64,000 nt of DNA from Chrysomallon squamiferum. Its lineage: Eukaryota > Animalia > Mollusca. Below are positions 25,371 to 39,027 of the stretch, piece by piece; position 1 is the stretch's first letter, and each line of letters begins with the position of its first letter. Location of the stretch: NCBI GenBank assembly GCA_012295275.1, contig CM022676.1:7440001-7504000 (forward strand), written 5' to 3'. The notes beneath the pieces are model-generated. The model had not been told where the DNA came from. It did not search any database and was given only the letters and a program-made list of their open reading frames with translations. Position numbers and translations under genes: made by a program.

Positions 25371-25946
25371 CTTAAATCAGAAGAAACAAATTTAAAAACA
25401 TTAATTAAAATTAGAATTAAAATTAAAATAAATTAATCTAAACAAAATAATTGTTTTTGTAATTACATATTTTCTATATTACAGTACGCTGTGTAATTGA
25501 CTGTGATTTTATGCAGTTATGTTATGTTATGTTATGTTGACTTATATTACACTACATCCTATTATATCATATCGTATCATATTGTATTATTTTCTGTAGT
25601 AGTATATTATATTGTACGTTACTATTTTATATTATCAGAATTGCTTTTCATTCTCGTTTAATGTTTATGTTTTGCGCCAAAATAAGAAACTGGTGAGATT
25701 TAGTATATAGATAAATATGTACGTAATCATGAATTCACTGTATTAGTGTGTTCTGCGTTATCATGAATTCACTTTATTAATGTGTACAATGTCTGCTTAT
25801 ATTTACAGTCACGAAGGTAATAAATCAGATAAAATTAAGACTATTTATCCATAACCATCGTCCATACATAACACCAACTCCACCCAGATTTCAGTTACTA
25901 AATGAGATTAACTTAGAGATAAATAATCTGAATATAAAATACATAC

Positions 25947-26004
25947 CTTGTACGTACAATACACATCTCAGTAACACGAACACACAGAATAACTTACAAC
26001 TCAT
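25947..26004 (-). CDS. Gene B internal leader exon copy, cassette 4 (MSCKLFCVFVLLRCVLYVQG)
   Basis: intact ATG and gtatgt donor; whether it is used is unknown. Confidence 0.5.
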
Positions 26005-26586
26005 TTCCAGTATTTTAGTTTTCACTTCCGTTAATAAAAATAAAGTTTTATTATTATTATTATTATTATTATTTTATCTTTTCTTCACTACTTTCTGGAT
26101 TATGTTGAAGTGATGGTGGTGATGTAGTGTTTGAGTTGTTGATGTTGATATTACAATTTCTGTTGCTGTAACTACTATTTATTTATATATAAATAAATAA
26201 ATAAGTAAATAAACATTTCTAGATGTTGGTATGTACACACAGGTATAATTCTTCATATACGTTTGTGCATACGAATGTATCTGTTTAATCATAGAGTTAG
26301 GCTGGACATTCTTTCACGTAAAAAAATATAGACTTACTTAGATATTAAAATATATTAATAATTCTTATCTTGTGTAATTATAATCTATTTCAAATATTAT
26401 TTTGTTTTATTGAGATGTATTGCTTAGTTATCATTAACAGTACATATTTCCTAGAAAGATAATTATAAACATGAAATTGATAATACATGTGACTTCTAGT
26501 ATTGTTTTCTTTTATTGAGATGCTTTGTTTAGTTATCATTAGCAGAATATATAACCAACAATGCTAATAATAAAACTGATTTTTAC

Positions 26587-26898
26587 CTCTCACTTCGAGT
26601 TTTATTTCATTGCTGCGTGGTACATCATCACCACATCTCCACACTGTTCCTTGTTGACTGAGGTTGACAGATTTTATTGTGAGGAGATTTGTGTCATCTG
26701 AACAGTGAAAACTGTATACGTTTGGATGTTCATCCAAAATATCACACTCAGTATAGTTTTCTATTACACGAATCCTGTATTCTGTGTTATTCACGAACCA
26801 GGTAATGTTAGGAGAAGGAAAATCACTCTGACAGGTGAAAGTAAAAAGTGATCCAACAAGTGCATATCTGTCTGATGTTGTTAATCTATACTGTTGGC
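26587..26898 (-). CDS. Gene B V exon, cassette 3 (..WRCGDDVPRSNEIKLEVR)
   Basis: 312 nt, phase 1-1; ORF 26564..26794. Confidence 0.9.
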
Positions 26899-27474
26899 CT
26901 TAAATCAGAAGAAACAAATTTAAAAACATTAATTAAAATTAGAATTAAAATTAAAATAAATTAATCTAAACAAAATAATTGTTTTTGTAATTACATATTT
27001 TCTATATTACAGTACGCTGTGTAATTGACTGTGATTTTATGCAGTTATGTTATGTTATGTTATGTTGACTTATATTACACTACATCCTATTATATCATAT
27101 CGTATCATATTGTATTATTTTCTGTAGTAGTATATTATATTGTACGTTACTATTTTATATTATCAGAATTGCTTTTCATTCTCGTTTAATGTTTATGTTT
27201 TGCGCCAAAATAAGAAACTGGTGAGATTTAGTATATAGATAAATATGTACGTAATCATGAATTCACTGTATTAGTGTGTTCTGCGTTATCATGAATTCAC
27301 TTTATTAATGTGTACAATGTCTGCTTATATTTACAGTCACGAAGGTAATAAATCAGATAAAATTAAGACTATTTATCCATAACCATCGTCCATACATAAC
27401 ACCAACTCCACCCAGATTTCAGTTACTAAATGAGATTAACTTAGAGATAAATAATCTGAATATAAAATACATAC

Positions 27475-27532
27475 CTTGTACGTACAATACACATCTCAGT
27501 AACACGAACACACAGAATAACTTACAACTCAT
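27475..27532 (-). CDS. Gene B internal leader exon copy, cassette 3
   Basis: intact ATG and donor, 58 nt. Confidence 0.5.
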
Positions 27533-28112
27533 TTCCAGTATTTTAGTTTTCACTTCCGTTAATAAAAATAAAGTTTTATTATTATTATTATTATTATTAT
27601 TTTATCTTTTCTTCACTACTTTCTGGATTATGTTGAAGTGATGGTGGTGATGTAGTGTTTGAGTTGTTGATGTTGATATTACAATTTCTGTTGCTGTAAC
27701 TACTATTTATTTATATATAAATAAATAAATAAGTAAATAAACATTTCTAGATGTTGGTATGTACACACAGGTATAATTCTTCATATACGTTTGTGCATAC
27801 GAACGTATCTGTTTAATCATAGAGTTAGGCTGGACATTCTTTCACGTAAAAATATAGACTTACTTAGATATTAAAATATATTAATAATTCTTATCTTGTG
27901 TAATTATAATCTATTTCAAATATTATTTTGTTTTATTGAGATGTATTGCTTAGTTATCATTAACAGTACATATTTCCTAGAAAGATAATTATAAACATGA
28001 AATTGATAATACATGTGACTTCTAGTATTGTTTTCTTTTATTGAGATGCTTTGTTTAGTTATCATTAGCAGAATATATAACCAACAATGCTAATAATAAA
28101 ACTGATTTTTAC

Positions 28113-28424
28113 CTCTCACTTCGAGTTTTATTTCATTGCTGCGTGGTACATCATCACCACATCTCCACACTGTTCCTTGTTGACTGAGGTTGACAGATTT
28201 TATTGTGAGGAGATTTGTGTCATCTGAACAGTGAAAACTGTATACGTTTGGATGTTCATCCAAAATATCACACTCAGTATAGTTTTCTATTACACGAATC
28301 CTGTATTCTGTGTTATTCACGAACCAGGTAATGTTAGGAGAAGGAAAATCACTCTGACAGGTGAAAGTAAAAAGTGATCCAACAAGTGCATATCTGTCTG
28401 ATGTTGTTAATCTATACTGTTGAC
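28113..28424 (-). CDS. Gene B V exon, cassette 2 (same protein sequence as cassette 3)
   Basis: 312 nt, phase 1-1; ORF 28090..28320. Confidence 0.9.
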
Positions 28425-29002
28425 CTTAAATCAGAAGAAACAAATTTAAAAAAATTAATTAAAATTAGAATTAAAATTAAAATAAATTAATCTAAACAAA
28501 ATAATTGTTTTTTTGTAATTACATATTTTCTATATTACAGTACGCTGTGTAATTGACTGTGATTTTATGCAGTTATGTTATGTTATGTTATGTTGACTTA
28601 TATTACACTACATCCTATTATATCATATCGTATCATATTGTATTATTTTCTGTAGTAGTATATTATATTGTACGATACTATTTTATATTATCAGAATTGC
28701 TTTTCATTCTCGTTTAATGTTTATGTTTTGCGCCAAAATAAGAAACTGGTGAGATTTAGTATATAGATAAATATGTACGTAATCATGAATTCACTGTATT
28801 AGTGTGTTCTGCGTTATCATGAATTCACTTTATTAATGTGTACAATGTCTGCTTATATTTACAGTCACGAAGGTAATAAATCAGATAAAATTAAGACTAT
28901 TTATCCATAACCATCGTCCATACATAACACCAACTCCACCCAGATTTCAGTTACTAAATGAGATTAACTTAGAGATAAATAATCTGAATATAAAATACAT
29001 AC

Positions 29003-29060
29003 CTTGTACATACAATACACATCTCAGTAACACGAACACACAGAATAACTTACAACTCAT
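29003..29060 (-). CDS. Gene B internal leader exon copy, cassette 2
   Basis: intact ATG and donor, 58 nt. Confidence 0.5.
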
Positions 29061-29101
29061 TTCTAGTATTTTAGTTTTCACTTCCGTTAATAAAAATAAA
29101 G

Positions 29102-29171
<70 letters not shown>

Positions 29172-29589
29172 TTATCTTTTCTTCACTACTTTCTGGATTA
29201 TGTTGAAGTGATGGTGGTGATGTAGTGTTTGAGTTGTTGCTGTTGATATTACAATTTCTGTTGCTGTAACTACTATTTATTTATATATAAATAAATAAAT
29301 AAGTAAACAAACATTTCTAAATGTTGGTATGCACACACAGGTATAATTCTAAAGATATATCTTGATATACGTTAGTGCATACGAACGTATCTGTTTAATC
29401 ACAGAGTTAGGCTGGACATTCTTTCACGTAAAAATATAGACTTACTTAGATATTAAAATATATTAATAATTCTTATCTTGTGTAATTATAATCTATTTCA
29501 AATATTATTTTGTTTTATTGAGATGTATTGCTTAGTTATCATTAGCAGAATATATAACCAACAATGCTAATAATAAAACTGATTTTTAC

Positions 29590-29901
29590 CTCTCACTTCA
29601 AGTTTTATTACATTGCTGTGTGGTCTGTAATCACCACATCTCCACACTGTTCCTTGTTGACTGAGGCTGACAGATTTTACTATGAGGAGATTTGTGTCAT
29701 CTGAACAGTGAAAACTGTATACCTTTGAATGTTCACCCAAAACATAACACTCAGTATAGTTTTCTATTACACGAATCCTGTATTTTGTGTTATTCACGAA
29801 CCAGGTAACTGTACGAGAAGGAAAATCACTCTGACAGGTGAAAGTAAAAAGTGATCCAACAACTGCATATGGGCCTGATGTTGTTAATCTATACTGCTGA
29901 C
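29590..29901 (-). CDS. Gene B V exon, cassette 1 (QQYRLTTSGPYAVVGSLFTFTC..WRCGDYRPHSNVIKLEVR)
   Basis: 312 nt, phase 1-1; ORF 29567..29797. Confidence 0.9.
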
Positions 29902-30499
29902 CTTATATTAGAAGAAACAATATTTAAAAAAAATTAATTAAAATTAGAATTAAAATTAAAATAAATTAATCTAAACAAAATAATTTTTTTTGTAATTACA
30001 TATTTGCTTCGTTACAGTACGCTGTGTTTATTGCTGATATTACACTACATCCTATTATATCATATCGTATCATATTGTACTATTTTCTATACTAGTATAT
30101 TATATTGTACGACATTATTTTATATTATCAAAATTGCCTTTCATTCTCGTTTAATGTATATGTTTTGCGCCAAAATAAGAAACTGGTGAGATTTAGTATA
30201 TAGATAAATATGTACGTAATCATGAATTCACTGTATTAGTGTGTTCTGCGTTTTCAACGTAATCATGAATTCACTGTATTAATGTGTACTGTGTTTTCAA
30301 CGTAATCATGAATTCACTGTATTAATGGGGAGAATGTCTAATTATATTTACACAATTATACAGGTAATAAATCAGATAATAAAATTAGGACTATTTATCC
30401 ATAACCATCGTCCATAATATAACGACAATTCCCTCCAGATTTCACAGTTACTAAATGAGATTAACTTAGAGATAAATAATCTGAATCTAAAATACATAC

Positions 30500-30557
30500 C
30501 TTGTACGTACAATACACATCCCAGTATCATGAACACAGAGAATAACTTACAACTCAT
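30500..30557 (-). CDS. Gene B first signal-peptide exon (MSCKLFSVFMILGCVLYVQG)
   Basis: ATG, 58 nt, gtatgt donor; the only gene B leader preceded by the conserved promoter block. Confidence 0.85.
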
Positions 30558-30769
30558 TTCCAGAATTTTAGTTAGCATTGCCGTTAATAAAATAAAATTA
30601 TTATTATTATTTTTTTGTTTTTTATTATTATTATTTTTTATCTTTTCTTCACTACGTTCTTGTTTTAAATTCTTCAATTTTAATTTTCTGTTGCTATGTT
30701 ACCAAATTTATTTCCTGTTTCACAAGTAAAACACCCGTTTTTTATAAAATAACATCTATAATATATTAC

Positions 30770-31040
30770 ATCCACTTGACTGACTTCAGCAGTTTGCTGG
30801 TTCAATAAATACTAACATGTATTTGTACATTCACACACTATAAGAAGAAATCATAAAATGATCAGTTCGGAAATCTTTGGACATTTTCCAGTCGACGTAA
30901 ATAATGACGTAGTGGTCTGCTGATTAACACGTGACAAACACTATTTTTGACTGAGGTAATCATCGCTTCACGCGCACCCCGAATGCGTACTACCTTACAG
31001 AATATTGTCTACGTGTAGATCTAATCAGACTACGTAAGAA
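30770..31040 (-). promoter_or_regulatory. Putative promoter of gene B
   Basis: homologous to 16780-17060; contains TGACGT and CACGTG. Confidence 0.5.
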
Positions 31041-32564
31041 AAAAGGTCGCTCATAATCGGGGGTAGTCATCGCTTCTCACGGAGCTCGCCGTTCTTTGTC
31101 TTTTGTAAGGTTTGCGTGTATCTATTGTTTTGTGTCAAAGGTTGCAGTGGCAAATACGTATTTCGAAATTTAGAATCACGCCGTTCTTTGTCTTTTGTAA
31201 TTTTTGCGTAGGTCTATTATTATTTGTTTTAATTTCTTTGTTTTTCTTTGGAGAAGCGTGTTACTGGCAAACGTGTATTTTAGGATCTGATTATTCTCTG
31301 TCATATGTACGTCTGGTTAGACTTTGCACATAGACAATACTCTGCTTATTTGTTTCTAACATTCTTTACATCACTCTGTCGATCCATCAGTCCACCCAAC
31401 TCACTAGGTGTTTGTAAATTTACAATTATCTATGTAACAACGTATGGTTGTACTGTGTGGAAACTTACTCATGCGGACACACAAACACACACACACACAC
31501 ACACACATACACATAAACGTATACATACGAAGTTTATGATTAACAAATAAACTTGTTTCCTTCTTTATAATTCACTCATATTACATCATTTAATATCAAA
31601 CTTTATAATTCATAAGTCATATATATTTATTTAAGCTGTATATGAAATATAAAGGGAATTACATTTATAATATGTTTCTATTCTAAGGCTATCTCATTAA
31701 ATCCAAAAATCCGATATAAGTTATATCTATATATATATAGAGTGTATGTGTGTTTTAAAACAGTGTCTAGATTGAACTGGAATGAAGTACAGTGATAATA
31801 ATATAACTTAAAGTTGTATCAAACAATATAATAAGATACTTTACAATATAATATAATATTGCACGATATGATATCATAAGAACACAATAGATAAAATACA
31901 GTAACTTGGCAGAAACAGTATGAAGTGTTTGGGGTTAGAGTTTTTTGTTCGTCTTCTTCCATCCATGGCTGGTTTTAAACAGAGTTGTAGAGATACAATA
32001 TATCAGATTAAAACTAACCGAGTCATGTCATGCGCTAAGAAAAACTGACGAACAGGCAAATTCAAAATGGTCGCCCTTTATCTCTTTGCAACACCCAGTT
32101 TATTATGAAATATCATCTGAGAATTTGTAGAAACATTTTTCATTATTAAAAATGAACGCACGCACACACACACAATATAAATCTGTGTTTGTATATGTAT
32201 ATATACACACACACACATACACATATACATGTAAAGATGAGCATACGCACATACACATGTATTTACTCACCTACTTACTTACAAAAAAAAGAAAAAACAC
32301 ATTCAGCATACATATATGCATGGATATATGCATGGATACATATTACTTACATACATACATACGTACGTAAGCACTTATCTGCAAACACATTGCTATAATA
32401 TAAATAAATACATACGTACATATATACGCACAGGCATAACCTCCCAAAAAACATTATCCCCACAAATAAACCAAAAACCCTCCAAAAACGTACTGAACAA
32501 AATCAAGTATTCAAAATATAACGGGAGTAAACCTGATAAGTCGGGAAAAGTAATAATAATAATA

Positions 32565-32623
<59 letters not shown>

Positions 32624-33001
32624 CATAGTAATAATAATAATAATAATAAAAAGAACGAAAAGAAACAAACAAAGAAGAAAACTCATCCAGAGGTTGAATA
32701 ACAGGTACAGGCTGAAAACTTAGTAAATGTGATTGTGAGAAATGAATTTTGAAAGAAAATAAGACAGAACAATAATAAATCAAAATGCAGATGAATAGTT
32801 TACGTAAAGTCGTTGAATATTTTGATATCAGAGACTGGTGTATGTTGAGAATGATACAACAGTTACGTCAATTACAACAAAGAACACAGATATGTTTATT
32901 TCAAACTGTGAAACGTATTGTACATTTTTATATAATTATTTACGTTATAGGTGTATGCATACGCACACGGATTTAGATGTATACTCAAAAAGTAAGAATA
33001 C

Positions 33002-33047
<46 letters not shown>

Positions 33048-33950
33048 CACATTCTTGTATAACCGAACAAAATAGAAAGAATATGCTACACAATAACTTG
33101 GCAGAAAGAGTTTCATGTGTTTTGGGTTACATCTTTTGTACGTCGTCTTCCACCCATGGCTGGTTTTGAATAGCGTGTAGAGTTACAAATATCACAGTAA
33201 AACGGGTCCGTCTTGTCATGACAGGAAAAACTAAACTTGACAAGCCGCCAAATTCAAAATGGCCGCCCATTATGTCTTTGCAACACCCACTTTATTATGA
33301 AATATCAGGTGAGAATTTCTCATTATTAAACATGAATAAAATCGCACACACAAACACATACATACACACACACATATGCGAATGGACGTATATACATATA
33401 TACATAAACGAACATACGCACATACACATATATTTACTTACCTCCTTACATAGATAGGTACAATAAAAATAATTTAAAACCCCCCCACAACAACAAACAA
33501 ACACCTTCAGCATACATACATGCATACATACACACATTCATGCATACGCAAAAACTTATCTACATACCTGCAAATACACAAATACATATTTCTGTAATAT
33601 AAAATACCTACATACGTGCATATATACACCCAGGCATAAATCCCCACCGAAAAAAATAAATAAAACGTAACAAAAAGGTAAATATTAAAAACAAATAAAC
33701 GTATTAAAGAAAATCTGTATGGTAAGTCTAAAAATGTCTAACAACCTAGAGGTTACTTTATAAAGAATAAAAGGAATTTTCATTTTACTTGTGAAACAGG
33801 GAGTAAACCTGATAAGTTAGCAAAAATAAAATAAAAAAGATGTTGAAAATCAGATTTATATTAGCAGCAGACGAAAGAAGAAAACAATGAAGTAAATAAA
33901 ATATAATAAAAAACTATATTTTTATTAACGTGAAAACTAAAATTAAGGAA

Positions 33951-34751
33951 ATGAGTTGGAAGTTATTCTGTGTGTTCATGTTACTGTGATGTGTATTGTA
34001 CGTACGTGTTTTATATTCAGATTATTTATCTCTATCCGAATTCATTGCATTTCATTGTTAAATCGCTGAAATAACTGCTACATATTTCTGACTAATGTAA
34101 ATTAAAAAGCATAATTGTGTGTTTCGAAATTTTGATATACATTTGTATTACGACACGATACAGTAATATAATATAACATAACAAGACATGACAGTCTGTA
34201 ACACAACTTAATGTAACGGAATATAATACAGTCTAAAATTATGTAACAAATCGTAACAAAGTAATAATAATGATGATAGTACTTCTACTACTACTACTAC
34301 TAATAATAGTAATAAATAAAAAATATCATAAATTAGAAACAATGCAATTACATAAAAATAATCTGATTTAATTTAATTTAATTATATTTATATTTTAATT
34401 TATTTTATTTAATTTATTTATAAATTAAGGTCAGTATTATATGTTAACAATATCAGACAGATGTGCAGTTGTTGGATGACCTGTTACTTCTACTTGTCGA
34501 GAAATTCGTTCTCCGATTCTTTGTTTTATTATTGGTTGGTTTGTGAATAACACAGAATGCAAGATGCATGAAGTAGATGGAATATGTCAGTGTCGTTTTC
34601 TTAATGAACATCCAGAAGAATACATTTTTTAACTGTCTTTTTGAACGAATCATTCTCATAGTAAAGTCTGTCAAAATCAGTCAACACGGAACAGTATGGA
34701 GATATGATGAATATGGACGACGAAGCAATGAAATAAAACTTGAAGTGAGAG
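33951..34751 (+). pseudogene. Pseudogene C: decayed leader (33951-~34005) and V exon (34430-34751)
   Basis: leader has an in-frame TGA and no donor; V exon has a stop, a frameshift and F-strand Cys changed to Tyr (HGTVWRYDE..SNEIKLEVR). Confidence 0.8.
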
Positions 34752-35439
34752 GTAAAATTAACTTTATTTTTAATATTATTACTATACGTATTGTATTTTA
34801 AAAAAAGAAGGAAAAAACAAAACAAGAAACAACAACAACAAGTTCGTCAATTTCGGTATGAAGCATTTGCCTCATTTGCTTCAGTGTTGTTACGGCCATA
34901 TATGTATACTTTTATATATATGTGTGTCTGTATGTGTGCGTATGTGTATGTGTACGTGAGCACACATGTAGAATCATACGTTCTTTTATAGATAATTACA
35001 TATTTACAAATACTTAGGCAGTGAGTTGGATGGACGGATGGATGGGCAGAATGATCGAAAGAATGAAAGAAACAAATGAACATTGGCAGAGTATTGTCTA
35101 CGTGCAAAGTCTAACGAGACGTAAATAAGATAGAGAACATTCCGATCCTAAAATACATATTACATATTTGCCAGTGACAGGTTTCCTATGTAAATAGATG
35201 CACGTGAAAATTACAAAAGACAAAGAACGCAATACGACGTGGGAAGCGATGATTACCTGCGATTACTGAGAAACCTTTTGACATAAAAAATTAGATCCAC
35301 GCAAAATTATAAAAAAAACAAAGAACGGCGTGCTTCGTGGTAGAATATAAAATCTGATAATACATATTTGCCAGTGCAGGGGTTAACACAAAACAATAGA
35401 TACACGCAACCATTACAAAATACAAAGAACAGCGTGCTT

Positions 35440-35795
35440 CGTGTGAAGCGATGATTACCCCCGATTACTGAGCAGTCTTTTTTCTTGTCTGATTAATCTA
35501 CACGTAGACAATATTCGGTGACGTCATCCGTCTTCGGGGTGCATGATGATTACTCTCGGTCTAAAATAGCGTTCGTGGCGCTGAAGAGCGGTCACGTTTC
35601 AGTCAGCTGACCGTTACGTCACTGTTTAGGTCGTTTCGAACATGTCCGAAGATTTCCGAGTCTGTCATTTTCTGATAGAGGTCTCGGATTTCGTCTTGTC
35701 GTGTATGTACAAGTAAATAGTACTTTTTATACGCTACCAGCGAACTGCTGAAGTCAGTCGAGTGGTTCTAGTATATTATAGATATTATTTTACTG
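35440..35795 (+). promoter_or_regulatory. Orphan copy of the family promoter block with no leader downstream
   Basis: homologous to 42160-42500; followed by a CA repeat and the dispersed module instead of a leader. Confidence 0.4.
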
Positions 35796-35836
35796 GGATT
35801 AAAACGGATTTAGATATATACTCAAAAAGTAAGAAT

Positions 35837-35883
<47 letters not shown>

Positions 35884-36899
35884 GCACACACACATTCTTG
35901 CATAACCGAACAAAATAGAAAGAATATGCTACTCAATAACTTGGCAGAAAGAGTGTTTTGGGTTACATATTTTGTGCGTCGTCTTCCATCCATGGCTGGT
36001 TTTGAATAGAGTGGTAGAGTTACAATAAGAGTTAAAACGGGTCCGTGTTGTCATGACAGAACATTACTAAACTTGACAAGTAGCCAAATTCAAAATGGCC
36101 GCCCTTTATCTCTTTGGGTTACACCTTTTGTGCGTCGTCTTTCACTGAGTGTAGAGTTACAAATATCAGAATAAAACGGATTCGTCTTGTCTTGGCATCA
36201 GAAACAGAACTTGAGAAGCAGCGAAATTCAAAATGGCCGCCCTTTATCTGTTTGCAGCACTCATTTTATTATTAAATATCACTGACAATTTGTACAAAAT
36301 TTCTCATTATTAAAAATGAACATAAACGAACATACGCACATACACATATATTTACTTACCTACTTACATAGATAGGATACATACAAAAAACAACAAACAC
36401 CTTCAGCATACATACATGCACACATACATACATTCATACATACGCAACAACTTATCTACATACCTGCAAATACACAAATACATATTTGAATATAATTTAA
36501 TGTTTCGCATCGTACGTAAATAAAGCAGCATTTCTCTACGTACACAATATAAAACGTTTTTCATTTTTTTTCTCTATCGATTTTTGTAGTCGCGCCATAC
36601 ATAGATATTCATATACATAATGGAAAGCGGTATGGAAGCTTCATCGCTTATCTGTGAAACGGCGAAATTATATAAAACTATGAAACAAAACATCGTAAGG
36701 CATTTTAAGGATCAACAACGTTAATTTACTACTTTTCAGGCATATATTAGTGTGAATTTAGCGTCAGAAATCCTAATTTCTTTCTGCAAATTTCACTGAT
36801 TTTCTGGTTGTTTTTCTCTTACTGTTAGCTGCACCTACAAACATGGATAACGAAAATTACTTTAAGTTATCTAAATTTTAATAGAAGCACTTTGCATTA

Positions 36900-38600
36900 A
36901 TTTTAATTTAAACCGGTGCTGTACAATAAAGCATTGTTGCTATAATGTATGTATTTATTTATATATTATTTATTTATTTTATAAAAAAGAAACTAAATAG
37001 AATAAAATAAAACGAAATAGAATAAAACAATAACAAAATATTGTTCTTCAAATCCGTTTAATAGTTATAACAACTTAATGGTCTCAGGGGAATAACTCCA
37101 TTTAAAACAATACATAAGAACTAAGACAGAGTTATTCCTCTGAGACCGTTAACTTGTACTTTAAACGGAATTTGCATAATAATGCATTTCCCCTATAATT
37201 TATTTATTTATTTGTATAGAAAAAGAAATTTAAATAATATAAAATGAAACGAAACAGATTAAAACAATAACAAGATATTCTCCAGGTCCGTATAATAGAG
37301 TTATAACAAGTTTACGGTGTAAGGGGAATAACTGTACTTAAGCTAATAAATAAGAACTAAAACAGAGTTATTCCTCTTAGTTAACTTAAACAGTACTTTA
37401 AACAGCATCTGAACAATAGAGCATTGTTGCTATAATTTATTTATTTATCTATTTAATTTATCAAAAAGAAATTTAAAATAAATAAAATAAAACCAAACAG
37501 TATAAAATAATAAGAAGATATTGTTCTTCAGGTCCGTTTAGTAGAGTCAGAACACGTTAACGGTCTAAGTGGAATGACTATATTTAAAATAATAAATAAG
37601 AACTAAAACAGAGTTATTCCCCTTGGACCGTTAACTTTTACTTTAAATCGCATCGGCACAGTAAAGTATTATTCTTATTTAAATTTATTTTATGAAAAAA
37701 GAAATTTAAATAAAATGAAAGGAAACGAAATAGAATAAAAGTAAAAAGATAATATTGTGCAGATCCGTTTTCATGCAGTCGTAACAAGTTAACGGTGGAA
37801 GGGGAAGAACTGTATTTAAGATAATAAATAAGAACTAAAACAGAGTTATTCCTCTTAGACCGTTAATTATACTTTAAACCGCATCTGCACAATAAAGGAT
37901 TGTTGTTGTGATTATTTTTATTTATTTATTTATTTGTTTATTTATTTATTATTTATTTTATAAAAAATAAAATAAAATAAAATGAAACAGAACGAAATAA
38001 ACAATAGCATTAAATTGTTGTGTAAATGTCTTTAATACAGTTGTGACAAGTTAAGGGGAATAAGTCTATTTAAAATAATACGTAACAACTAAAATAGAGT
38101 TATTCCTAGTAAATGATTGTTGTTGAAATTTATTTATTTGTTAGCTTGTTTATTTGTTTATTTATTTATCTATTTCATAGAAAAGAAATTAAATTAAAGG
38201 AAATTAAAAAATAAGTAAAAGAACAACAATAAAATGTTGTGCAAATTGTCTTCAAAGGGTTATCACATGTTAATAGTCTAAGGGGAATAACTCCATTTAA
38301 AATAATACTTTTGAAATAAAACAGAGTTATTCTTCTCAGACCGTTATCTGTACAATAAACCGTATGTGTATAATAAAGCATTGTTGTTGTAATTTATTTA
38401 TTTATTTATTTTCTAAGAAAGAATTGAAATAAAATCAAATAAAACAAAATCAAATAAACAATAACAATTAGTTCTTGTGTAGATGGGTGTAATATAATTG
38501 TGACAAGTTGATGGTCTAAGAGGAATAACTCTAATACTATAAATAATTAAAATAACTAATTAAGGGAAATAACTCTAACATTAAAACTTTAAGTCACTGA
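36900..38600. repeat. ~240-bp tandem repeat, about 7 units, each with an internal ~28-bp inverted repeat
   Basis: aagttaacggtctaaggggaataactct...agagttattcctcttagaccgttaactt in each unit. Confidence 0.8.
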
Positions 38601-38846
38601 GCATTTGCCTTCTGCGCCATTTTTTTAATTTTAAAGACAGAATTTTGTTTAATAATTTAGGAAGAAAGAAACAAAAATATACGGGTATGAATCATAATTT
38701 TAGTCTCACCATTTGTTTCTATAATTTGTTATAATGTTTGTAACCGAAACAAAACTTGAAGACGGAGCCTACCTCTTTTCATTTTATAACTTTTATGTAA
38801 TATTATGATTAGGCTTAGTTTCGTTTATATAAAAAAAAAATAAAAA

Positions 38847-38877
<31 letters not shown>

Positions 38878-38956
38878 TAATAAATAAAAAAATAAAAAAT
38901 AAAATAAGTAAGTAAATAAATAAATAAATAAATAAATAGATAAATAAATAAATACA

Positions 38957-39027
<71 letters not shown>

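Larger units (their letters stand above)
24340..30600 (-). repeat. Tandem array of ~1.5-kb leader+V units (4 complete, 1 deleted)
   Basis: V exon low ends at 25059, 26587, 28113, 29590 (spacing 1528, 1526, 1477). Confidence 0.9.

Noticed and set aside
24340-30600. V(D)J-like somatic recombination of the V cassettes
   Set aside because: Each V exon is complete through the G strand and ends in a splice donor; I saw no heptamer/nonamer RSS, J segments or recombinase gene.
31545-31715. Sequence resembling the end of gene B's terminal exon, upstream of gene B
   Set aside because: Too short and lacks the ITAM coding part; at most a duplication scar.
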